DNA from: Candidatus Woesearchaeota archaeon
GTDB taxonomy: Archaea > Nanobdellota > Nanobdellia > Woesearchaeales > JBDRGA01
Direction of reading: 5' to 3'
Assembly: GCA_043818175.1 (NCBI GenBank)
Contig: JBDRGA010000016.1
Coordinates: 14,003 to 78,002, forward strand
Length of the DNA: 64,000 nucleotides
In this document: piece after piece, positions 54,228 through 61,775 of the stretch
How the letters are laid out: every line of letters starts with the position of its first letter
Position numbering within the stretch: position 1 is the stretch's first letter
Notes under the pieces: generated by a model
Told to the model about the DNA's origin: nothing
The model's input: only the letters and a program-made list of their open reading frames with translations
Databases searched by the model: none
Program-made: the position numbers and the translations under genes

Positions 54228-55127
54228 ATGATTGTCAAGAAGATAATTCCTTTGTTTCTGGTCTTAGTTTTGACTACTTTTGCAAATGCAGCAACCCTCT
54301 CAGACTTTCCCTCAATCTTTGTGGAGAAAGGCTGGGAATTACAGGCTAACTTCGTTGTTGGGGAAAGGGCTTCCAGCAGCGATGTACTTCTTGGTGTTGA
54401 TCTGGCAACAAGGCTTTCACAATGGGTAAGTCAGGAAAATGAAAACAGACCTCTTGACAACCAGATGGAATATGACCGCAAGGGAATAAGCAAGACTGCG
54501 GACATGGACGACCTTGGTGATAATTATTTTGCAATCGGACTTCCATGTAAGAACAAGATTGTTTCTAAGTTGTTGAATACCACCAGTTGTTCAGCATTCA
54601 AAACAGGAGATGGTTATCTCGCACTGTTCATTTCAAACGAAACCAAGATTATTGTGATAACCGGAGGGGATTATGCTGGAATGGAAAAGGCGAAGAATGT
54701 GCTTTACAATTTTGAAGAATATAACTTGAACAGCGAAAATATTTTGATACGAGAATCAAACCCGTATGTGCTAATTGACATGAAATTCAAGTCTACAAAT
54801 GAAACAGAAGACATAGTTCTTAATGAAACAGACGAGACAAGCGTAAGCGAGGATTCACAAATAAAGAAAGAGGGATGCTCTGGCTGTCTTGTTTCAGGTG
54901 TTTGTTATTCGATTGGAAGCATATCAAACGGTACGTACTGCAGTTCTGCAGGTGACTTTGAACCGCAGATTGGTGAAGGTGAAGCGTGCGGTTCGAGTTA
55001 TCAATGTACCATTCCTTTAATGTGCATACAGAATGTATGTGAGAAACCTGAAGCGCCGGAAATGAAGAGCGAAGGTTTCTTCCAAGCAATTGCGAACTTC
55101 TTCAAGCGATTATTTGGGAAGAGTTAA
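54228..55127 (+). CDS. Secreted protein with a Cys-rich C-terminal module
   Basis: Signal peptide (IIPLFLVLVLTTFANA); C-terminal CSGCLVSGVCYS...CSS...CGSSYQC...CIQNVC. Confidence 0.5.
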   Translation: MIVKKIIPLFLVLVLTTFANAATLSDFPSIFVEKGWELQANFVVGERASSSDVLLGVDLATRLSQWVSQENENRPLDNQMEYDRKGISKTADMDDLGDNYFAIGLPCKNKIVSKLLNTTSCSAFKTGDGYLALFISNETKIIVITGGDYAGMEKAKNVLYNFEEYNLNSENILIRESNPYVLIDMKFKSTNETEDIVLNETDETSVSEDSQIKKEGCSGCLVSGVCYSIGSISNGTYCSSAGDFEPQIGEGEACGSSYQCTIPLMCIQNVCEKPEAPEMKSEGFFQAIANFFKRLFGKS

Positions 55128-55154
55128 ATACACGAAGCCTTGCGAAGATAAAGC

Positions 55155-55556
55155 ATGCAAGTCCTTTCTGCTGGAGCGGGCAACCGTGCAAGAGAATACT
55201 TGGCAAAGAGTGCTGGACTTGAGCAGAATGATTGTATAAAGCCATACGGTGCCATTTTAGCAGATATTCTTCAAGGTGATTGGCGTGAAGTTGCGAGACA
55301 GGCATCAGGCAATCATTGCAAAGATTGTGACGCCAGCGAAGCTTATTGTGCACATCCTGGACTCAGAATAACAGAAAAAGTAAGGCCTAGCGAATTAGAA
55401 GGAAGAACATTATTTGTCAGCGGCATGTCGGAAGAGCACATCCACTGCGGATTATGTAACACTGCTTTCTTGAGGCAGGGTCTGCATTCAGTTATCCTGC
55501 GCGTTGACGGGGAACCCGTCGAGTTTACTAGAACAGACATGGAACGTCAGACATAA
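55155..55556 (+). CDS. Small CxxC...CxxC protein, possibly Rpp21/Rnp4-like
   Basis: CKDCDA...HIHCGLCNTAF resembles the Rpp21 zinc-ribbon arrangement, and the gene is adjacent to Rpp30. This is weak evidence and the ORF may be spurious. Confidence 0.2.
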   Translation: MQVLSAGAGNRAREYLAKSAGLEQNDCIKPYGAILADILQGDWREVARQASGNHCKDCDASEAYCAHPGLRITEKVRPSELEGRTLFVSGMSEEHIHCGLCNTAFLRQGLHSVILRVDGEPVEFTRTDMERQT

Positions 55557-55581
55557 ATAGTTGTATTGGGTTTCTGTGTGA

Positions 55582-56145
55582 ATGTTCATAGACATATGCT
55601 TTCCATCTGGGAATGAAGAAGAGTTCTTGAAAACAGCGAAAGCTTTGGGCACTGGGAAGTTGTTGTTTGTCTACAAAGAAATGCCTTCCCATTCAAAAGG
55701 AATCAAAGCAGCACTCTTCAACACGAAAGCAGCAAGACAGAAACCTTCGCTTGTTTTGGCTTCTGGAGCTAGGAACGTGTTCGAGCATCCTTCAGTTAAT
55801 CTTGTTTACGGACAGGAGAAATTAGGAGTTAAAGATACGGTGAGGCAACCAGACTCAGGAATGAATGAAGTGCTTGCTCGAATTTTAGCCAGGAAAGATA
55901 AAGCATATGGAATTGCTATTAGTGATTTGATTGAGAATCCTGCATTGATAAGAAGGTTCAAACAGAACATCATTATTTGTCAAAAAGCAAAAACACCAAT
56001 TGTGCTGGCGAGTTTTGCCAAGAAGCCAGAACAAATGAGAAAAGCAAGCGATCTGGAAGCTCTTGGTTCGTACATTGGAATCGCACAGCCGAAGAAAGCG
56101 ACAGAAGCACTTTCTAACTTTCTTCTAAAACACGGCTCTGAATAA
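55582..56145 (+). CDS. rnp3: RNase P protein component 3 (Rpp30 homolog)
   Basis: 187 aa collinear with archaeal Rpp30 TIM-barrels; the C-terminal RFKQNIIICQKAKTPIVLASFAKKPEQMRKASDLEALGSYIGI resembles the Rpp30 C-terminus. Confidence 0.5.
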   Translation: MFIDICFPSGNEEEFLKTAKALGTGKLLFVYKEMPSHSKGIKAALFNTKAARQKPSLVLASGARNVFEHPSVNLVYGQEKLGVKDTVRQPDSGMNEVLARILARKDKAYGIAISDLIENPALIRRFKQNIIICQKAKTPIVLASFAKKPEQMRKASDLEALGSYIGIAQPKKATEALSNFLLKHGSE

Positions 56146-56719
56146 TCCTTAGAGGCATGAACGTTGGAATTTCAACATAGCTGAGGTTCCACGTCTTCAA
56201 GTAATCTTTTACCTCTTGAAGATTTTCTTTTCCCACACCCAGAACTTGGTCTGCAACCTTGATTAGTTTGAATCGTTGTACCATTCCCTTGTCTGTTTTT
56301 GTTCTGCCATTCAAACTGTAGTAAAAGCGTACTCTATTGGATTTTGAAAGACCTTCCAACGAGTACTTGAACAGTATTATTTCCTGGAAACCAAGTCCTT
56401 CTGCAATTCCTCCCTTCCTAATTAATGAGTAGCCTTCAAGGAACGCTTCCCTTGCGATGAAACTGGGCTCGAACAACGAGAAATATGTTCTTGAGGTTAC
56501 TTCAACATTCCAGTCTGACATTGTTTTCTTTAATTCGTAATTCAAGTTTAAGTCGTCCTGGTCTTTGTAGATTACTAGAATATCAACGTCTTTAGGTGAT
56601 TCTTTTCCCTTTAGGATTGAGCCGAATAACAATATGTCTACAATTCTGCTGTAGTGCTCTCTGTAGAACTTATTTACCTTCGAGAGGAATACTGTATTCT
56701 TGTACAAGGGCACTGACAC
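56114..56719 (-). CDS. Minimal nucleotidyltransferase (MNT-type) with a C-terminal extension
   Basis: LLFGSILKGKESPKDVDILVIY matches the GSx9-13Dx[DE] NTase signature. Confidence 0.65.
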   Translation of the reverse strand: MSVPLYKNTVFLSKVNKFYREHYSRIVDILLFGSILKGKESPKDVDILVIYKDQDDLNLNYELKKTMSDWNVEVTSRTYFSLFEPSFIAREAFLEGYSLIRKGGIAEGLGFQEIILFKYSLEGLSKSNRVRFYYSLNGRTKTDKGMVQRFKLIKVADQVLGVGKENLQEVKDYLKTWNLSYVEIPTFMPLRIIQSRVLEES

Positions 56720-57014
56720 TCTTTCTCACCTCGTCGGTTGTTTCTTTGCTGATTTCTGTTGTGTACGTAGTCCTGTACGTGGGGAAGAGTTTGTCGAGGA
56801 TTCTGTAAAGGTTTGGGTACTTCTTCTCGCAGATTCTGAAACGGTCGCCATGGTCATGTGGGATTCTTCCTTCGTTCTGCAGTATTACATAATCAATCGC
56901 CATGAACAACGCCTTGAAATAAAGAATTGCTGCAGACGTGTAATCCTTCATCGCGTAAACAGCTTTCGCTGAATCAAGAATGCGTTTCATGTTCTTCGCG
57001 AGGGCACGTTCCAT
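56670..57014 (-). CDS. HEPN-domain protein (partner of the downstream nucleotidyltransferase)
   Basis: A 114-aa helical protein with an Rx4H (RIPHDH) motif. It overlaps the NTase gene by 50 nt in the classic HEPN/MNT arrangement. Confidence 0.5.
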   Translation of the reverse strand: MERALAKNMKRILDSAKAVYAMKDYTSAAILYFKALFMAIDYVILQNEGRIPHDHGDRFRICEKKYPNLYRILDKLFPTYRTTYTTEISKETTDEVRKSVSALVQEYSIPLEGK

Positions 57015-57142
57015 GTTATGTTTGCTAATGGAACTCGTGGTTTATATGGTTTTTGTTGGTTGAGCTAACTTGTTGGTTGGGATAATGTGGGTGGTTTATT
57101 TGGTCTATCTGGTTATTCGTGCTAACTGGAGGTTTATGTTGT

Positions 57143-57156
57143 TTTCAATATTGAAA
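57143..57156. promoter_or_regulatory. Perfect 14-bp palindrome TTTCAATATTGAAA (copy 3 of 3)
   Basis: Lies ~90 bp upstream of the giant surface-protein gene. It is preceded by a 100-bp stretch of degenerate GGTT(T/G)AT / GCTAAC direct repeats. Confidence 0.5.
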
Positions 57157-57246
57157 TCTATTATTGTGTTCGAATCAACGCAGGTCGACAAAAACGCGGA
57201 CTCCATAACAAACTATTTAAACACATAATCGGCGAAGCAGTCTATA

Positions 57247-60200
57247 ATGCGGGTCGGAGTCATCATTCCAGTACTGTTCTTGCTTCTTGTGGTTGTCTCA
57301 AGCGAGACACTTGCTGTTACTCCACCAGTTACGGCAGGAACGCCAAGTTATCCGTATGGGGCAGATGCGTGGAATGTCGCAACCCGTGGCGACAAGACAT
57401 CCAATCCAACAATATATTACGCTGGCGAAACCGTGAACGTTGGCAGTTTTCCGTTCAGCCGTTTGAGTGGTAGCGCAGATCAGTACTCGAGTATTCTTAC
57501 TAAAATAAACGATTATTCTACCATTGCAGGGGCGTGCTCACACAATTCAGAAAATGCAGAACAGTCAACAGACAGTAATGAGGGTGACTGTGCCAGAACA
57601 GGAGATAAATACCGCGAATTCTTTTGGCAAACTGAGGTATTCATCCCAGCACATGTAAAAAAAATTCGCCTCGTTGCGTGGGTTGACAATGATGCTGCAG
57701 TGTACATTGCACCATACACGCGGACAGGAAACACGTACAACTTTGACTTGTTGGACTTCAAACCTACAAGTAGTAAATCCATATTTTATTCTCCTGGAAA
57801 CGGGGGGAACATCGATGTTTCAAATTCAAAATATGGGAAAGGGCTTATACTTTGGGGTGGGTCATCGTGTCGGAGTGTAGCGTTTGGTTACGCTTTTTTT
57901 TGTAAGCCCGACACACCAACACATGCAGATTTAGTTCAGGGAGCCGACTTTCAACCAGGATGGAATGTGCTTGGAATTTGGTACAGGGACCATGAAGGGG
58001 GTGACCACCTAACAATCAAGATGCTTGACCCAGATAAGCCGGAGCCGGAAACAAGCGACATGCTCCTTGAAGGAATAAAGCTCAGAACAGACATGCCACT
58101 CATCTCATACCGAAGTGTATTCTCGGCAATAAGTACAAATTCCCTCGCGGACACAGTACCAGCCAAACACCAGAATGATGGTCGCTCGGTCAATTATATT
58201 TCACTCAGGCAGGCTATGGGTACTCGTGAAGGAGATATTTCTGGTGGGTGCTGGGACGGTATTGACAACGATGGAAACTGGATGGCTCCTAAAGACTTGA
58301 TAGATTCAGAAGGCAGAAATTATCCTGACGGAATAATTCAAGCAGCAGAACTGAAGGATCCAGTTACTGGAAGTTATTTGAATGATGATCATAAATTGCA
58401 GACGACAGAGTACACATACAATGGAACAATAATAAACAGACCACCAGTATATTACGACACAGAATACAAGACGCCGTCCGAAGGCAACTTACAGCCAAAC
58501 ATCGGAGAATACGGCGTTGACTGTTTGGACAAGAGTTGTGATGGTAAACCAGGACCGGGTGGCGTAACATGCAATTGGGCTGACCAGTCTTTATCTTATC
58601 CGACAGAATCAGATTGCACTGACGGCGAAGACAATGACTTCGATGGCAAAATAGACCTTCTCGACGAGGACTGCTTGAACGCGCAGTGTGGTATCCCTCC
58701 AGGCACAACAATCTCTCAAATAATTGACTCTTTGAATTCAGCAGAAGACACGTATGATGCTGGAGCATTAGATGGAAGTGACGCCTGCTGTGGGGATGAT
58801 TTGCCTGAGCTTGGATGTGCTTCTCCTGAGGGTCAGTGTTCTGGCACACTGAATGATTGTAGAGGAACACCTGTGGATGATTTTTCGAGGGTGTGTGCTT
58901 CTAAGAACGGGCCAGACTGTAATGCAGACTACAGGTGTGCTTGGGATGGTGACTATTGCTGGGAAGCGGGATGTTCCGACTTGTCTGTGGACGCGTGTAA
59001 AAAACTAGACGGGTGTTCTTTGAAAACGTGCAGTGATTATAATCATTCGACGTGTCTTAGTCCACAATGCTCATGGGAAGAAACATGTCCTGCAGGCACA
59101 CCTCAAACGTATACGACGCTTGGTGACCTCGGCTACATCACCCCCGACGGAAGGTACTTCTGTGGAAAGGACAGCAAAGATGGTGCCATAACATATGACG
59201 GCACTGGCTCTTGGAAATGGTGGGACGCGCAAGCTATGGGTTCTCCCTTCACGATACACGAAGTGAAACCAGAAACAGACGTAGCGAGCAATGGAGAAGC
59301 GTGGTATTATTGCACTGCGCCAGAGTTTGCCACAGACACAGAGCAAAAGGTTGAGAAATGGGCCATCTTGCCAGAACCAAGTTTTGTAACTGGAATTGTA
59401 TTTGGCCAGTATCAGCAGTGGCCCGATAGGTGCACAATCAACGAAACAACAAAGAAGTGCATACTAAACAGCGAACCCGATGGGTTTGCCGACTGTGATA
59501 TAAACAAGAACACCCAAATCGATCCAGGCGAGGACTGGAGATCGTTTGCGAGCGTATATGCTGGTGTTTATCCTCCTATTACCACAGGGTCATTGTATTG
59601 TTCTGATGGCATCGAGGGTTTTATGACTTTGTGCGACGCAATCAATCCAGAAAAGGGCAACTACCCTTGGCTTGCAAACATAGAGAAATGGAAGGATGCA
59701 GCACTCGAATGTGATAAAACTGAAACGTCAGTACAAAAATGTCCAGATGCCGGAACAAGCGACGCAACAGTTCCAAAACGAGGATGGCGTCCAGATTTCA
59801 ATCCAGGATGCACGCCGGAAAACACAGTATTCGCAGATGGAACTTCAGGTTGTGCAGACGGAATAGATAATGACTTTGATAATCTTGTAGACTGCAATGA
59901 CCGTCTGTGTGATGGGCTGCTGGGTCCAGATGGGCAGATCTGTGAGTTCCAAGGTGAGCTTAATTGTCAGGACAAACAGGATGATGACGGGGACACATTA
60001 ATAGACTGTTCAGACCCTGACTGTATATTCGAAGCGAGTTGCAGGTATGAATCACCAAAAGTAGCGCCACATTACCAGGCATTGCTTTGCTTGCAAGGCA
60101 ACAATCCAGAATATCCACAATTCCAGGAATGCTGTGGTGCGTCTGCTTGCTCAAATACAGACGCAATTCTTCTTGGAGCCGCAAAATTGTACGGACCTGG

Positions 60201-61740
60201 TACGACCGCTGAAGTGGCAATGGACTTTAACGAACTCGTAAACAGCGCGATTTTGGATAAAATTCGACCGATACGAACTACAAACAGCATTCCAATTCAG
60301 AGAATTGTCAGTGCAGGCGACACACTTGAATTTGACTACATAACAAACAATCCCGCGGGAAGCATCACGCTCACAGGAACAGCAAGCGGGACATATTCTC
60401 TCTGGGAAAATACCGTAAACAAACCAGCCAATTTCGGAATCATCACAGGATATTGGTGGCATGTGCGAATACCAATGGATACTTCTGGTGAGATATTGAG
60501 TGTCAAGTTCACAGCTCCGGCATACGTTGACAACATACAAATCGTTCCTGGTGATGCAGAAGGCGAACAAAGATATTGCTCGTACGGTGGTTCGTGGAAC
60601 ACAAGTCTTGTTGACCCAGCAACCTGCAACAGTGTTGTTGCTCTGGGATACGGAAGTTATGGTTGGACGGGAACAATGTGTTGTGGTGACAATACAAATG
60701 AAGAGTACTACAAAGACAGTAACGCAGGATGCTTTGCCCGAAACACAATATATGCAGGCCAGAGAGTTGGAGATGTCTTACACAACACGTCTTTGAATAA
60801 CCTGCTTTATTATGATGGAAAGTTCTGGGCGTGCGTTGAAAATGTCTCTGGTTTAAGCAGGGCCGTTGTGGGTGCAATAACCACTACTGAATCAAGGAAA
60901 ACTCCAAGCTTCACAATAAAATCCCAGTGGTACTGCGATCCGGACCACACTTGGAAAGTGCTGAAGGACCTGAAAGTTGAGAATGTCCTTGCAGGAAAAC
61001 TGGCAGACATGGGTGACGAGTCAGGAAAGTCATACACGCTCTTCTGTGACGATGAGCAAAGAAGCATTAACAACGTCGAATCAGTTAATCCCAGCACGCA
61101 AGGAGCATTCTGTGTGCTCACCGGACCCGAGACAGAAAATCAGAAAGAAGTGTTTGTTGGCTTCGTGCTTGACCGAAAAGCAGGCGCGAACATAAACGAT
61201 TACCTTACCTCTTTACAGGAGAACTATGTTCCAGAGTGGCAGGATGATGAATCTGAAATGATACCTGCAGATTACTGTGATGATGTAACAAATCCAAACG
61301 TAAACGAATTCTTCGAAGCATGCACGAATGGCGGAGTGAAGAACTACAAGGTCTACTATAACAAGGCATTTGGCATAGTCATAATTGGAAGAGAACCAGC
61401 ATCAACTAATTGGGCTGATTCCATGTGGCGAGCCGTCAGAAATTTCTTCAGGAATATATTCGGGTACGTTCCACCATCACTGGGACGCCCCGTGCTGCCC
61501 AGCGAGATACCGTCTCAATTCGAAAAACTATACTTACACGTACAAGATGGCAAGAGCATAGTGGGTGCGTATTACAATAATGCATTCCTTGTTAACTATA
61601 CTAACTATGATGGCACGGCAGTCCGCAGACTTGCTTCAGCCAATGGACTCACATACGATCCATCAAGCAACACGATATACTCAAAGCCAGGGGACTTGAA
61701 AGCATGGCAACAAGTAACTTCCGCACTGAGGCCGCGCTGA
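57247..61740 (+). CDS. Giant secreted Cys/Asp-rich surface protein (1497 aa) with CxDGxDNDxDxxxDxxDxDC repeats
   Basis: Signal peptide (VIIPVLFLLLVVVSSETLA). At least four copies of an acidic Cys-bracketed module are present: GGCWDGIDNDGNWM, CTDGEDNDFDGKIDLLDEDC, CADGIDNDFDNLVDCNDRLC and CQDKQDDDGDTLIDCSDPDC. Many additional Cys are present. Confidence 0.7.
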   Translation: MRVGVIIPVLFLLLVVVSSETLAVTPPVTAGTPSYPYGADAWNVATRGDKTSNPTIYYAGETVNVGSFPFSRLSGSADQYSSILTKINDYSTIAGACSHNSENAEQSTDSNEGDCARTGDKYREFFWQTEVFIPAHVKKIRLVAWVDNDAAVYIAPYTRTGNTYNFDLLDFKPTSSKSIFYSPGNGGNIDVSNSKYGKGLILWGGSSCRSVAFGYAFFCKPDTPTHADLVQGADFQPGWNVLGIWYRDHEGGDHLTIKMLDPDKPEPETSDMLLEGIKLRTDMPLISYRSVFSAISTNSLADTVPAKHQNDGRSVNYISLRQAMGTREGDISGGCWDGIDNDGNWMAPKDLIDSEGRNYPDGIIQAAELKDPVTGSYLNDDHKLQTTEYTYNGTIINRPPVYYDTEYKTPSEGNLQPNIGEYGVDCLDKSCDGKPGPGGVTCNWADQSLSYPTESDCTDGEDNDFDGKIDLLDEDCLNAQCGIPPGTTISQIIDSLNSAEDTYDAGALDGSDACCGDDLPELGCASPEGQCSGTLNDCRGTPVDDFSRVCASKNGPDCNADYRCAWDGDYCWEAGCSDLSVDACKKLDGCSLKTCSDYNHSTCLSPQCSWEETCPAGTPQTYTTLGDLGYITPDGRYFCGKDSKDGAITYDGTGSWKWWDAQAMGSPFTIHEVKPETDVASNGEAWYYCTAPEFATDTEQKVEKWAILPEPSFVTGIVFGQYQQWPDRCTINETTKKCILNSEPDGFADCDINKNTQIDPGEDWRSFASVYAGVYPPITTGSLYCSDGIEGFMTLCDAINPEKGNYPWLANIEKWKDAALECDKTETSVQKCPDAGTSDATVPKRGWRPDFNPGCTPENTVFADGTSGCADGIDNDFDNLVDCNDRLCDGLLGPDGQICEFQGELNCQDKQDDDGDTLIDCSDPDCIFEASCRYESPKVAPHYQALLCLQGNNPEYPQFQECCGASACSNTDAILLGAAKLYGPGTTAEVAMDFNELVNSAILDKIRPIRTTNSIPIQRIVSAGDTLEFDYITNNPAGSITLTGTASGTYSLWENTVNKPANFGIITGYWWHVRIPMDTSGEILSVKFTAPAYVDNIQIVPGDAEGEQRYCSYGGSWNTSLVDPATCNSVVALGYGSYGWTGTMCCGDNTNEEYYKDSNAGCFARNTIYAGQRVGDVLHNTSLNNLLYYDGKFWACVENVSGLSRAVVGAITTTESRKTPSFTIKSQWYCDPDHTWKVLKDLKVENVLAGKLADMGDESGKSYTLFCDDEQRSINNVESVNPSTQGAFCVLTGPETENQKEVFVGFVLDRKAGANINDYLTSLQENYVPEWQDDESEMIPADYCDDVTNPNVNEFFEACTNGGVKNYKVYYNKAFGIVIIGREPASTNWADSMWRAVRNFFRNIFGYVPPSLGRPVLPSEIPSQFEKLYLHVQDGKSIVGAYYNNAFLVNYTNYDGTAVRRLASANGLTYDPSSNTIYSKPGDLKAWQQVTSALRPR

Positions 61741-61775
61741 AATCTTTAAATAATCAAGTATGGCATAGACTAATA

